A DNA stretch of 64,000 nt, taken from positions 1 to 64,000 of the IMG/VR virus record IMGVR_UViG_3300034071_001414; one strand, 5' to 3'. This document shows positions 45,101 to 56,100 of the stretch, piece after piece. The notes under the pieces were generated by a model. That model did not search any database. It worked only from the letters and a program-made list of their open reading frames with translations, and was not told the DNA's origin. This stretch comes from a virus. The first letter of the stretch is position 1. Each line of letters opens with the position of its first letter. The position numbers were made by a program, and so were the translations under genes.

Positions 45101-48100
45101 CACACAAAGGATATCCACTTTTCGAAAGATATTTTTCAGGATCCGATTCTTCCGTTGTAGATTTATCAAGAAACACTATAAAAATTCCATCTCATTTTTA
45201 TTCAACAGGGGAAAAAATAACATATGATTCTAACTTTGGAAATCCGATAGGAATAGCAACAACAACTATTACGGGAATAGGTTCTACAGATATACTCCCA
45301 AGCACGTTATATGTTGTAAGTTTGAACAACAACAAAATTAGAGTTGCGGCTTCTGCTTCCGAAGCATTGAGACCAATCCCCAACGTATTAAACCTAACTT
45401 CACTTGGCAGTGGAACACAACATAAATTTTTAGCTCAAAATAAAAATTCTAGAGTGGTAATTGCTATTGATAATATTATTCAATCACCAATAGTAGCAAC
45501 CGGATTAACTGCAGCATTGACATCTTCGGTATTTTTAACTGACGAAAGTATTGTATTAGATAATTCAACCTCTTTCTATGGTGGAGATTTGATAAAAATT
45601 GATGATGAGGTCATGCGAATCACTTCTATTCAAAAAAACAATGTAGTTAATGTTAGAAGATCATGGATGGGAACGGATATTGCAAATCATTCTGGTGGTT
45701 CGTTAGTCAACACGGTGGTTGGTTCTTATAATATTGTTGACAATAATCTTAGTTTTGCGGAATCACCTTACGGCAATGTTCCACAGACATATTCGACAAG
45801 TCCTCCCGATGAACAAGATTGGGTTGGAATATCTACAGGTTCTAGTTTTTCTGGTAGATGTTTTATGAGGTCTGGAATACAAGGTTCCTCAAATGATACT
45901 TATTCTAAAAACTACATTTTTGATGACATATCAACAGGATTTAATGGAATAACTTCTACTTTTACACTAAAATCTTCACAATCAAATATTACAGGAATTT
46001 CTGAAGAGGGAGCCTTGATATTGATTAATGATATAGTTCAAGCAAGAGGTTTATCTGGTGATTTGGAAAATGTGAGAAAAGGTATAAATTTCATTCTTTC
46101 AGAATCAAGTGGAATAACATCCACTACTTTCATTGGTTCAGCAACCTCAGTTTCGTATGATATAAATTCATCTGGATTGCCTAAGGGTGGAATCATAGTT
46201 TCTGTTGGGTCTACTGAAGGTCTTGGATATCAACCTTTAATTTCTGCCGGTGGTACTGCTATTGTTTCTTTAGCAGGAACAATCCAATCAATTTCTATAG
46301 GAAATACTGGTTCTGGATATAGAGCAAGTGCTTATTATGATATTCCTACAAATATTTCATCAGTGGTTGGAGTAGGTTCAACTTCAATTTTTATTGAAAA
46401 TAAAAATAGCGTTTTTGGATTGCTAAATCTACTTAACACCGGTTCAAATTGTTCTATTGGAGTTGGCACATTTATTTTAACAACAAATATAGTATCTATC
46501 GGTTCATCTTTTGTGAGAATTGGTATCGCAAGTACGAGTTCTAAGCAAATCCCAGTTGGAACTCCTGTAAATATTAAGATTTCAAATCCACAAATTGGAA
46601 TAGTAAATGTTGGCATTTCTAGCACTTCTGCAGAAAATTCTACAGAAACTCATATTGGATTTACCACAATTATAAAAGGAAAAATCTCAGAATCTGTTAC
46701 AATAACAAAAGTTGCTTCTGGATACACTTCAACAAATCCACCACAAGTTATAATTGACGATCCTTTATCATACTCGGATATTCCTTTAGTATACAGTTCA
46801 TCCTCTATTTCTGGAGTGGGAACAGCAGCTACTATTGATATAGTTGTTGGTCAAGGATCTAGTGTTATTGATTTTGAGATAAAAAATACAGGTTATAATT
46901 ATAGAGCAGGTCAAACACTAACTGTTCCTATCGGAGGACTAACTGGTATTCCAACAACATCTTTATTCAAAGAGTTTCAAATATCAATTCAAGAAGTTTT
47001 TAACGATAAATTTACAGGATGGGCTTTTGGTGAATTACAAATACTTGATGACATTTCAAATTTATTTGATGGCGAAAGAGTTGCATTTCCACTCAAATAT
47101 TTTGGTGAATTTGTTTCAATTAGATCTGCAAGAGGATCTAATATCAATCCACAGGAATTATTGCTGGTCTTTATAAACGATGTTTTACAGGAACCAGGAA
47201 AAGGTTATACTTTTAGGGGTGGTAGTAACATTTTCTTCACAGAACCACCAAAACCACCAGTTTTAGAAATTCCTAATACTGGAGATTCTTGCAAAATACT
47301 ATTCTATAAAGGTACTGCGTCAGTTGACGTTGTTTATAAGAACATAATAGAAACTGTTAAACCAGGAGATGGACTAACACTCGGATTCGATTCAACATTA
47401 AACCAATCATATGGTCTTCAAGAAGATGAAAGAATTGTTGATGCAATTTTATCCTCAGATTCAGTATCTACAAATCCATATTATGGACCAGGAAACACTA
47501 AAGATGAAACATTAACAAGACCAATTACTTGGTGCAGACAAACTGAAGATAAAATTATTGATGAGCAAGAAGTTTCAAAAGATAGAATGTTATATGAACC
47601 AGTTATTAATCCATCATCATACCTTATAAAATCTGTTGGGATAGGTTCCACCGTAGTTTTCGTTGACAATTTAAAGCCAATCTTTAATCAGGTTAATGAA
47701 AATAAATCACAAATTCCAGCATTCCAAGATGAATTTTTGAGTTTCCAAAAACAAATTACATTTATTCCACAAGAAACAAAAAGAAATGCATTTGCTACTG
47801 CTATTGTTTCTGTAGCAGGTACAATAAATTCTATAGCAATTTCTACAGGAGGATTTGGATATCTCTCGGTTCCCGATGTAGTCATTCAAAACCCAATTGG
47901 ATTTGGAACTACGTATAGAGCAGAAGCAACTGCTTCTATTTCGTCCGGAATTGTAACATCAATAACAATAACGGGTCCTGGAACAGAATATTCACAAGAT
48001 AACCCCCCTATTGTTTTAATTTCTCCACCATCATTTGAATCTGAAACTAATACTGTTATTCAGTATGAAGGAGATTTTGGAATTATTTCTGGTATTTCAA

Positions 48101-48615
48101 CAACTTCTGTTGGAATTGCTTCAACTGGCATTGTTTTTGATTTTGCTATAGAAAAAGATTCCATTCTTAGGGTTGTTGGTATTGCATCAACTTCAATAAC
48201 TGGGGTAACTACAATTAGTGGCATACAAACTGGATATTATTTTACAGTATATAATTCTAGAGTTGGTAATGGTGTTACTTCTTTAGATGAAAATCGACAA
48301 ATTATTGGTATAGGAACTACGGGGTTAGATAACATTTATAGAGTTGCAAGTGTTTCCTTGGCACAAACTGCAGTTCCGGGATTAGGTGTAACTTATGTTG
48401 CTAGAGTTACTGTTAGTGTTTCCGGGTATAATGGCCTGAGTGGCATTGGATACAGTTCTTTATTTGCAGAATATAGTTGGGGTAAAATTATATTAAAAAC
48501 CAGAACAAAAGATAACGAATATAATTCATATACAAGGTCTGGTTTTTCTGGAATATCAACTGGAACTATGATAATGAGAACTAACCCACTCAAATATTAT
48601 AACTATGGTATATGA
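36133..48615 (+). CDS. gp7: Giant baseplate wedge initiator, gp7-like (4160 aa)
   Basis: Between gp6 and gp8; FYKSKGTDQSFEILFRSLYG, IQDSLYYQNFSYSLKS; internal HSPIIGWSYDGHPIYGPYG. Confidence 0.8.
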   Translation: MTEKRIQIKDIVNNQLPQYVKEDYPLVAEFLKQYYLSQEFPGGPADLIQNIDRYVKVDSTTELVDFVLLQSDISSIDENISVDFLNFEQNQIDFPDNYGLISIDDELILYENKTTFGFENCHRGFSGIISHKNINVGIASTYILRPSDELIFKKSDSSSHKSGTKIYNLSSLFLKEFLLKLKYQLTPGFEGRSFVEKANEATIIKQIKDFYKSKGTDQSFEILFRSLYGEDVEVLRPKNFLFRPSDAQYKITNDFIVEKISGPIEKIRNLTLFQNEYLNITKAYGTITEPLEEIVTSDGKIFYKLKIDGGYNRDIISDGAIYGGFSVHPKTRVIGDYNTQSTTIDVDSTVGFPNKGEFLVNYEDGTQGVVSYNSKSLTQFIECSGITKNILDNSIIGVNTYAYANTEDGEEIRVRIVSTLNDLDIPDDNILFTEGDTIKIKTLGFEDGDTRLNEWLFNLPIVYDVESYGIVDNFDNTYSLSLKDTHNLKVGDVLQIIDNLGNRKQSTIIDVISNKTIIISGQGFLPESLYKVKRNILKGNSSKYSYIGEISTDIQNVYTNKNNDILISSPSIPYYPNAQLNLNNRTISFSGSYSAGSTIFKLTSTIDHGFYTGDCVYYTPEKETIQSRDIDGNINNLEIISTSLFDEGIYFIKRIDKNNVKLSKSKSDILYEKYVSPEDDVVINNNKIEPIEFRGKAIKSQKLLREISTPIISEKLEKTSPGFTGILINGTEILNYKSKDKIIFGPLEQIDVVSGGSDYDVINPPRVIISDSVGSGATGHCSVSGSLKEIRILDPGFDYLEDPIVQITGGNGIGAIAKCNTKLITHKSTFNSEKGSGLVGIGSTISTIGFSTYHKFRNGEEVIYKTNSHISVGGLSTDSKYYVSTVSATKIKLHKTLGDSISGINTVTLTDYGVGNHDFESVNLKRILSSINVENSGSGYQNKKRTVSYSGINIASDIITIENHGFLSKEIVKYSTIGTVIGGLVEDKNYYVLKIDDNQFKLCEIGTGIYTQDYFYNTGQFINLTSRNSDIHAFNYPDIEVEIIGTVGLSSYYKAKIDPIFRGEITSFHLESKGSSYGVEEVFNIERQPSLSILSGSGSEFDVIVSNGRIQKVLINSVGENYTCSPDLIVVGDGNGAVLTPVVLNNQIVDVKVIEPGAGYSSNNTQIIVSHPGSGVKFTSKIKTWTVNLFAKYLNIFAEDDGCLSPGLNEQYEIQYCHIYAPRKLRQILYSRDQSGKILFSNPDLKFSRNKEIKSTDHSPIIGWSYDGHPIYGPYGYSKKSGGGVSQIKSGYNLIIEQNRPSTNYFPLGFFVEDYKYQKSNDESILDENNGRFCITPEFPNGTYAYFATFNESSVDSSGPFKGYYRPKFPYLIGNFFNSKPNDFNFKKKSNQDDIDLNETDWIRNTYAYNITKTNSRYEYITLPNNLNQSIDVSGVSPGSIDNIGISTGGNDYKVNDKLIFNNVDFEGNSRTLGSSASAVVSELVGKSISTVSTASTYFYDVSIYPSSNKGEYVLYNSSPHNITAYDLIKISGLNTTSNIINGNYVAGVTTTRLVLVGLGSTAVGIPSANITGIVTYISVRGNLDFPNIRENDIFQIDSEKIKILNVDKKSSRLRILRQIEGTLGLSHSVTTFLYEDPRKLFVNISKENDITNYSSYLENKQIYFNPKESLGIGTNINVGIGTTIYFSNPGAGETQVFIPLRTIYLPDHGLSTGDLLTYEVNNGSPIVISSTGIGTTTLSNNSSVYVAKINENLIGISTIQVGLGSTGFFSGITPSTQNIGLLFFAGIGTGTYHSFKTNYPEVKGDLSKHVVTVSTAQTHGLITDDIVNVMVSVSSTTIVIKYNDSNRRIIVNPRDFIGANISTSNSTITIPNHGYVNGQKVIYTSDSPSGGLVNNQIYYVVPINKDIIKLSNSYYDSTIERPNTIDITSASNGIISPINPPIDLYRNSTVTFDLSDSSLSYVNAFKTYPSFKFELYVDEQFRKVFDSDQRDNSFNVQRVGVVGTPGAILTLKINEFIPNTLYYDLIPLDSNGLFLPEVQKEIIKDNIVNSYNQLRIKNSIYNGTYKIRVSNPNSFEYFLPTIPEVQSYTSEISTTSTLSSYLKYTTKSLTASGAISNIRVTNKGTNYYSLPGITSVSSLNGRGCILNAESNTIGKIKKIKIVDGGFDFTSDKTLRPYAEFPKNIKIDNLYSIDNIGISSQGRGYTTTPKLVVLDGKTKKAIPSDLSYKLGDSKVTIKTNAKGLTDSIPTIIPTQNSNGIGITDITYNPTTKEVKVYLPFSFSDIGNFDANTYPIRVNDRVLIENISVGVNSTYKGFNSSNYGYSLFAITNVDLNIGGVSAVTYSLDGYLLDSELPGTYDPVNSSGRVVPERNFPTFETTIKQDGYKKGETVISNGSFGVVENWDAITKYLKISSKSDFEIGNIVEGLSSKTVGTASSIIDLNSYAKTDFSIKVLGGWESNAGFLNDNAQRIQDSLYYQNFSYSLKSRVDYDTWNDAVSALNHTVGFKKYSDFQMESKLDNDFSNLFVGLSTDTTATNVKVEMTSYGDLNCVSDFDLGKENYLNLNSRIVSNKIYFDNIPLTDYYEARGNRVLLIDDISSNFNSGERPEKYSDVYKFNINTNRSLKFLSYIRDKKFTGQRQVMLTSMIHNDSYGVVNQYGRIETAYDLGSFDFVVDQPFGIIRFYPTRYTINNYDVALLSYNLDDAFTGVGTTTIGSIAKVDTKNISSSASTINVVSLATTYTSAKILVQIYRDSLNYQFNELNVVHNGTNIDFIEYGELSTKTRTVESSGYGTYYPYISGGNLKIDFIPNVSVGNTFYINTANVALGDTNSSGIGTIELEYGEIRANSVSIPSSPTPSASAILSFTGEHDCAYCLVQVSDITNNRCAFSEVILIVDDVTSEPLITEYGNVNTFAGLGTIGASVTGIGSTTQLVFTPLPNIQVQVKVYANLLGLEGNDIKSYQLSNLNINSQYGSYSGTEVDQVRTFNLTHKGYPLFERYFSGSDSSVVDLSRNTIKIPSHFYSTGEKITYDSNFGNPIGIATTTITGIGSTDILPSTLYVVSLNNNKIRVAASASEALRPIPNVLNLTSLGSGTQHKFLAQNKNSRVVIAIDNIIQSPIVATGLTAALTSSVFLTDESIVLDNSTSFYGGDLIKIDDEVMRITSIQKNNVVNVRRSWMGTDIANHSGGSLVNTVVGSYNIVDNNLSFAESPYGNVPQTYSTSPPDEQDWVGISTGSSFSGRCFMRSGIQGSSNDTYSKNYIFDDISTGFNGITSTFTLKSSQSNITGISEEGALILINDIVQARGLSGDLENVRKGINFILSESSGITSTTFIGSATSVSYDINSSGLPKGGIIVSVGSTEGLGYQPLISAGGTAIVSLAGTIQSISIGNTGSGYRASAYYDIPTNISSVVGVGSTSIFIENKNSVFGLLNLLNTGSNCSIGVGTFILTTNIVSIGSSFVRIGIASTSSKQIPVGTPVNIKISNPQIGIVNVGISSTSAENSTETHIGFTTIIKGKISESVTITKVASGYTSTNPPQVIIDDPLSYSDIPLVYSSSSISGVGTAATIDIVVGQGSSVIDFEIKNTGYNYRAGQTLTVPIGGLTGIPTTSLFKEFQISIQEVFNDKFTGWAFGELQILDDISNLFDGERVAFPLKYFGEFVSIRSARGSNINPQELLLVFINDVLQEPGKGYTFRGGSNIFFTEPPKPPVLEIPNTGDSCKILFYKGTASVDVVYKNIIETVKPGDGLTLGFDSTLNQSYGLQEDERIVDAILSSDSVSTNPYYGPGNTKDETLTRPITWCRQTEDKIIDEQEVSKDRMLYEPVINPSSYLIKSVGIGSTVVFVDNLKPIFNQVNENKSQIPAFQDEFLSFQKQITFIPQETKRNAFATAIVSVAGTINSIAISTGGFGYLSVPDVVIQNPIGFGTTYRAEATASISSGIVTSITITGPGTEYSQDNPPIVLISPPSFESETNTVIQYEGDFGIISGISTTSVGIASTGIVFDFAIEKDSILRVVGIASTSITGVTTISGIQTGYYFTVYNSRVGNGVTSLDENRQIIGIGTTGLDNIYRVASVSLAQTAVPGLGVTYVARVTVSVSGYNGLSGIGYSSLFAEYSWGKIILKTRTKDNEYNSYTRSGFSGISTGTMIMRTNPLKYYNYGI

Positions 48616-48642
48616 CTAATAAATAAATAAAAAACCAAAAAA

Positions 48643-50190
48643 ATGGCTGCAATTGTAACTGATCAACTTAGAATATTAAATGCTAAAAATTTTGTAGAGA
48701 AAGTTTCATCTGAGGATAATTCATATTATTCATTTATTGGGTTACCCAATCCTTACGATTATCAAACTGACTGGGACGAGTCTCCACCTGTACCTAAAGA
48801 TAACTTTACGCAAGAAGATGATTATTGGGATACAATGATCGCTTTGAAGAAAATAAACTCCGATGATATTCGTCAAGTTGTTCCAAAAAGAGTTTGGACT
48901 TCTGGATTAATCTATGACATGTATAGGCATGATTATAGTAGAACAAACGTATCTCCAGTTGCTGGTGCAACAAATTTATATTCATCATCGTATTTTGTTA
49001 TCAATAGTGAGTATAGAGTTTATATTTGTTTGCAAAACAATTCAAATCCAGATACTCCGGGAGGTGGTCCTTCATTAGACGAACCCCTTTTTACTGATTT
49101 GGAACCAAGAGCAGCTGGAGATAGTGGAGATGGATATATCTGGAAATATCTTTATACTATAAAACCGGCAGATGTTATAAAATTTGAAACAACTGATTTT
49201 ATTCCCGTACCTAAAAATTGGGCAACATCTGCAGATTCTTCATTGATAAGAAATAATGCAGTAGATGGTTCAATAAAAACTATAGTAATTAAAAATAGAG
49301 GGAGTGGACTAGGCGAAGCAAATACATATGTTAATGTTCCAATAAGAGGAAATGGGTTCGGTTCCACATGCACTATTGTAGTAGATGAGAATGGTGAAGT
49401 AAGTACAGTAACAGTTTCAAATCAAGGTTCTGGATATACTTTTGGTAGTGTCGATTTATCTGGGGGAAATTTTCCGACAGGCGATACTATACCAACTTTT
49501 GATGTAATTATTTCACCAAAAGGTGGACATGGATATGACATTTATAGAGAACTTGGTGCGTTTAATGTTTTAATGTATTCTAGAATTGAAAATGATAATG
49601 AAAATCCAGATTTTATTACAGGAAACCAAATTGCCAGAATTGGAATAGTAGAAAATCCAGAAGTAAGTACCGGTACTATTTTAACATCAGACAAATCTAG
49701 TTCCGTTTATGCTATAAGATTGACTGGAACTGGGTATAGTAGTTCAAATTTTGACTACGATTCTTATATAACACAGACTATATCTACTGGAACAACTGCT
49801 GTTGGTAGAGTTATTAGTTATAATTCAACGACTGGTGTTTTAAAATATTGGCAAGATAGAAATTTATCTGGATTTAATACAGTAGGAACTGCACAAACTA
49901 ATCCAACTTATGGATTTAATCTCAATAGATTTACAAGTTCTCCATCTACCGGAGGAAATTTAGTTATATCTGGAAATATCGGTGGAACTTTATCTATAGA
50001 TACAACCTTTACAGGCATATCTACTACAATAAATAATAGAACATATTATCTAGGACAAACTTTTACAAATGGAATTTCCTCTCCAGAAGTAAAAAAATAT
50101 TCCGGAAATATTATTTACATCGATAATAGACCGGCAATAACTAGATCATCGAACCAAAAAGAAGATATTAAAGTCATTTTGCAGTTTTAA
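48643..50190 (+). CDS. gp8: Baseplate wedge subunit gp8
   Basis: YDMYRHDY, YRVYICLQN, DGYIWKYLYTI, GGHG..ELGA, EDIKVILQF. Confidence 0.9.
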   Translation: MAAIVTDQLRILNAKNFVEKVSSEDNSYYSFIGLPNPYDYQTDWDESPPVPKDNFTQEDDYWDTMIALKKINSDDIRQVVPKRVWTSGLIYDMYRHDYSRTNVSPVAGATNLYSSSYFVINSEYRVYICLQNNSNPDTPGGGPSLDEPLFTDLEPRAAGDSGDGYIWKYLYTIKPADVIKFETTDFIPVPKNWATSADSSLIRNNAVDGSIKTIVIKNRGSGLGEANTYVNVPIRGNGFGSTCTIVVDENGEVSTVTVSNQGSGYTFGSVDLSGGNFPTGDTIPTFDVIISPKGGHGYDIYRELGAFNVLMYSRIENDNENPDFITGNQIARIGIVENPEVSTGTILTSDKSSSVYAIRLTGTGYSSSNFDYDSYITQTISTGTTAVGRVISYNSTTGVLKYWQDRNLSGFNTVGTAQTNPTYGFNLNRFTSSPSTGGNLVISGNIGGTLSIDTTFTGISTTINNRTYYLGQTFTNGISSPEVKKYSGNIIYIDNRPAITRSSNQKEDIKVILQF

Positions 50191-50196
50191 CGAATT

Positions 50197-53100
50197 ATGT
50201 CTCAGAAAACTAATCTAAACGTAGCACCATATTTTGACGACTTTAATCCAAATAATGATTACCATAGGGTTCTTTTTAAACCAGGATATCCCGTTCAGGC
50301 TAGGGAATTAACCACTCTTCAATCGATACTGCAAAATCAAATTGAAAAATTTGGTCAACATTTTTTCAAAGAAGGTGCAAAAGTAATACCGGGAAATACT
50401 GGGTACAGTAGATTATATTATTGTGTTCAATTAGAAAATAATTATCTAGGAGTTCCGATTGCAGCGTATATTGATCAACTTGTTGGTGCAAAAATAACCG
50501 GTCAAACATCTGGTGTTACTGCGGTAGTCGATAAGGTATTATTGCCACAGGACTCGGAAAGAGGAAATCTTACTTTATACATAAATTATTTGAGTTCTAG
50601 TACTCAAAATAACTCCACTCAACAATTTTCAGATGGAGAGGTATTAACTTCAAATATTATAATCACATCAGGTCTCCTAGGAAATACTTCTATTGCAGTA
50701 GGAGAACCTTTTGCATCAACAATTTCAACCAATAGCACTACTATTGCATCATGTTTTAATATTTCTGAAGGTGTTTATTTTATAAGAGGGCAATTTGTTA
50801 ATGTAAAGACTGAGACTTTGATACTTGATCAATATACAAATAATCCCAACTATAGAGTTGGACTTTATATTGATGAACAAATAGTAAATTCAAATACAGA
50901 CGAAACATTAAACGATAATTCTCAAGGATTTAATAATTATGCTGCTCCTGGAGCAGATAGATTAAAAATATCAGCATATTTATTTAAAAAATCATTAACG
51001 GATTTTGATGATGGCAACTTCGTAGAACTTGCCACTATTGTTGATGGAATAATTCGTTCAAAAACGGAAGATGATAAATATTCGTTCATAAAAGATGAGT
51101 TTGCAAGAAGAACTTATGCAGAATCGGGAAACTATTTGGTTTCTCCATTTGACATTTCAGTAGAAGAATCTCTGAACAATCAAAAGGGAAATAATGGCAC
51201 ATTTACTAAAACTCAAATTACTTACGGTGGAAATACTCCAAGTGAAAGTAAAGCAGTTTATAAAATATCTCCAGGAAAAGCATTTATCAGGGGATATGAA
51301 GTAGAAACAATTTCCAGTACATTTTTGGATGTAGATAAACCAAGAACTACACAGATTTTAGAAAATCAATCAATTAACTATAGCACAGGACCAACTTTAA
51401 AACTAAACAGAGTTTATGGTTCCTCTCCAGTTGGTTTAGGAAATACATTTATTTTGAGTTTAAGAAATGAAAGAGTAGGTTCTTCGGGCACATTAAGTGC
51501 AGGAAAAGAAATAGGTCTTGCTAGAGTTTATGATTTTTCATTAGACTCTGGTTCATATAGCACATCAAATTCTAATTTAAATGAGTGGAATATTTCATTA
51601 TTTGATATTCAAACTTTTACGAATATCACTTTAAATAATTCTGTCACTCTTTCGACTCCAACTTTCGTTAAAGGAAATAATAGTGGAGCAACAGCATTTT
51701 TAAAAGATAATATTGTTGGAACAGATTTAACTCTATATGATGTAAAAGGTTCTTTTATTCCATTTGAATCATTTTCATTTGACGGAATTGATTCCGGAAT
51801 CATAGGCATTGCGGTTACATCATATGGAATTTCTGATATAAAATCTGTTTATGGTAATGTAAGTTCTGCATCAACATTTTCTGCAGATGTAATACAATCA
51901 ACTGCTTTTAATGTGGGAATTGCAACAATAAGTGCGGTGTCTAGTGGAGTAAGCACTGTAAGAAGTTCTAACATTCTTTTCCCCGGAAATATTGTTAAAG
52001 TTGGGAATTTAGTTAAGTATTCAGACTCAACAAAAACTACTCCAGTTGTAGCAAAAGTAATTGGAGTGGGAGCATCGACTATTTCTATAACTGGAGTAAC
52101 TACGGTAAGTGGAATAGTGGATGGTTCTTTGCCGACATCTTCTTTAAATGTGACTGATTTTGCTGTTCTTAAAACAGATTTGGAAAAATCAACAGATAAT
52201 ACACTTTACTCAAGACTTCCAAAAACTAATATATCTAATGTCGATCTCTCAAATTCTACTCTTAATGTAAGAAAAACATTTACTGTTAATATTTCCAATA
52301 ATAAACTATCTACTGCAGTAACTTCTGGTACAAATGAAACTTTCTTACCATTTACAGAAAAAAGATATTCTTTAGTTAGATCTAATGGAACTACTGAGGT
52401 TTTAACTCCAGACAAATTTGAATTTACTTCTGGCGGGACAGAATTGCAAATTTATAATCTTGGTTCAAATGATACAAACGCTACTTTGGTAGCAACTTTA
52501 CAAAAAATAAAACCAAAAGCAAAAGTCAAGAGAAAAAATAGAGTAAATTCTATAATTATTGAAAATTCAAAATACGAAGGATCGGGAATTGGGGGAACTA
52601 CTTTAAATGATGGATTAGTATATGGAGAATATCCATATGGAACCAGAGTTCAGGATGAAAATATATGCTTAAATGTTGCAGATATTATAGAAATTCATGG
52701 AATTTATGAGTCAGAGGACACATCAAACCCTTCTGCACCCAAAGCAGTTCTTGCATCAATTACAAGTCAATCTTCTACAACTTCAGAACTAATAGTTGGA
52801 GAAGAAATTTTAGGGACAACTAGTGGTGCTGTAGCTATTGTTGCAGAAAAACTAACTTCATCACAAATATCATTATTGTACAAAAATCAAAATATATTTA
52901 ATGAGGGAGAAGTAATTACTTTCTCCGAGTCAAATATTCAAGCACAAATAGTAACCTTAGATACTCCTAGTTTTGAAATCTCATTTAATTACACCTTTAA
53001 CCGAGGTCAAAATGGAAGTTTTTATGATTATGGATATTTAACAAGAAAGGTGAATGTAAGTGAACCAACCAAAAAATTAAAAATATATTTTTCAAATGGA

Positions 53101-56100
53101 TATTACGAATCAACTGATGATGGAGATATTACCACAGTAAATTCATACAATTCTTTTGATTATATTTCTGATATTGGTAGTGTAAATGGAATTAGAAATA
53201 CTGATATTATTGATATTAGACCTGTAGTAAATAATTATTCTGTTTCAGTAGGTTCTCGTTCTCCTTTAGAATTTTATGGAAGAACTTTTAATTCTGTTTC
53301 AAATTCATCAAATACTATACTATCTTCCGACGAAAGTTTAATTACATCATTCTCATTTTATTTGGGAAGAATTGATTCAATTTATTTATCAAAAGATGGA
53401 AAGTTTCAAGTAAAATATGGAACTCCTTCGGAGAGACCAGAAAGACCAGTATCGGTAGATGATTCTTTAGAAATAGCAACAATTTCTTTACCCCCATATC
53501 TGTATTCTAATCGTCAAGCATCTATAAGATTTTTAGAATATAAAAGATATAGAATGAGTGATATAAAAAATCTTGAGAATAGAATTAAAAATCTAGAATA
53601 TTATACTTCTCTTTCATTATTAGAAACAAATACTTCTAATTTATTCATTTCCGATTCTGAAGGATTTAATAGATTTAAATCTGGATTTTTTGTGGATAAT
53701 TTTACCTCATATTTACCACAAGAATCTAGTACAGATATCAACAATTCTATCGATATTGAATTTAAAGAACTAAGACCAAAAGCTTATACGTCTTCAATAG
53801 ATTTAAAACCTGGATATTCTTCAGTAAACGCATCTACTGCAGATTTGGCATTTGAATCTCCAGATGGAATTAATATTAGAAAATCTGGTGATATCATAAC
53901 TTTGGATTATGCCGAAGTTGAATGGTTAAAACAATCTTTTGCAACAAGATCAGAAAGTGTAACACCATTCCTTATTAGTTTTTGGCAAGGAACTGTAGAA
54001 CTTACTCCAGCTTCAGATACCTGGATGGATACTGTTAGAATTGAAGCAAAAATCATTGATGTTGAAGGAAATTATTCAACAACTTTAGCAGATGCAACAA
54101 GAAGATTAAATGTTGACCCACAAACTGGTTTTGCACCAACTGTTTGGAATGCATGGACAACAAATTGGACAGGAAGATCAGTGTCCACAAGCACTAGAAA
54201 TGTAACTTCTTCTTCAATTAGTTCCTTTTGGTCAGGCGCTCAACTAATTGAACAGGTAGATAATGTTGTAATTCAGCAAACACTACAAAACATAACAGAG
54301 ACTGGAGTTGAATCAAGAACTGGAACTAGAACAGTAATCACTGAGCAATTTGATAGGACTTCTGTTGGTGATAGAGTTGTAAGTAGAGATATTATTCCGT
54401 ACATGAGGTCTAGAAACGTTCAATTTGTTTCCAAAAAACTTAAACCACTTACTCAAATTTATACATTTTTCGACGGAAAAGACGTAACAAAATACTGTGT
54501 TCCCAAACTTCTTGAAATTACTATGTCATCCGGAGTATTTCAAGTTGGAGAAACGATAACAGGATATATTCAACAAACTGGAACAGGTGTAAATGCAAAT
54601 AATATGTTAGCAAAGATTACTTTTAGAGTCGCACAAACTAATCATAGAGAAGGAGCATATAACTCACCCACAGTAACATATCCAAGAAATCCATACAATT
54701 CCCAAATTCTTCCTCCAACATATTCATCGACTTCAACGATATTGAACGTTGACACATTTTCTCTTTCAAATTCAACTCAAGGAGAATTTGGTGGATGGGT
54801 AGAAACCGGTATGATTTTAATAGGTAATACTAGCAAAGCACAAGCAACTATTACAAATTTAAGACTAATATCAGATTTATCTGCCACACTAATAGGAAGT
54901 TTTTATATTCCAAACCCAAATGCAAATATTCATCCAAGATTTGAGTCTGGAACAAAAACTTTCACTTTAGTCAATAGTGCAACTAATGATCAAAATGCAG
55001 CAACTACTATTGCAGAGGAGGCATTTACTTCCAGCGGAACTATTGAGACTGTTCAAGAAAATATTGTTTCAGTAAGAAACGCTAGAATTGAAAATAAGCA
55101 AGAATTTGATTCCAGAGCAGTTTCTAGGACAACTGGCACTCAAGTAGTAAATAGCAGAGTCATAGCATCATCATCCTCTAGCAGAGTTATAGGGTGGTAT
55201 GACCCATTAGCACAATCATTCTTAGTTGATAATGAAGATGGTGTTTTCTTGACTAGTTGTGATGTATTCTTCAAAACAAAGGATGATACAGATATTCCAG
55301 TTACTTTTCAATTGAGAACTATGAAGGGTGGATTTCCCACTCAATATGTTCTTCCACTATCAGAAATTATACTCAGTCCAGAACAGGTTAATGTTTCTGG
55401 CGATGGATCTGTATCAACTAGGGTAACATTTAAAGCACCAGTTTATTTACAGGGAGGAGGTGAATATTGCATTTGTCTTGCATCAAATTCTACAAAATAT
55501 AGTGTTTATATATCTAGAATAGGCGAAAATGATTTGTTGACGCAGACATTCATATCCAATCAACCATATCTAGGTTCATTATTTAAGTCGCAAAATGCTT
55601 CTACATGGGAAGCAAGTCAGTGGGAAGACCTCAAATTTACTTTATACAGAGCGGATTTTATTGAAAATGGTTCTATAGATTTTTACAATCCAGATTTAAC
55701 TGAAGGTAATGCGCAAATTGCAAAGTTAATGCCAAATTCTCTGCAATTCAATTCTAAAAAAATTAGAGTAAGTCTTTCATCTACTATTTCAGACTCTGAC
55801 ATAAGACTTGGAAATACAATAATCCAAGCAAATACTAGTGGAAGAGGAAATTATGTAGGAAGTGCTGGAAGTGCAACTGGGACTCTTTCAGTAAGCAATT
55901 CTGGTATTGGATACACTCCAGGCCCAGGTTCTGGTGGATATACATTCAATAATGTAAGTTTAACTACAATTACAGGTAAAGGTGCGGGAGCTACAGCAAA
56001 TATAACTATTTCAAATGGAGTTGCTGCAGCTGCCACGATTGTTAGTGGTGGAAGTGGATATCAATCTGGCGATGTTTTGGGGATTAGTAGTATTGGAAAT

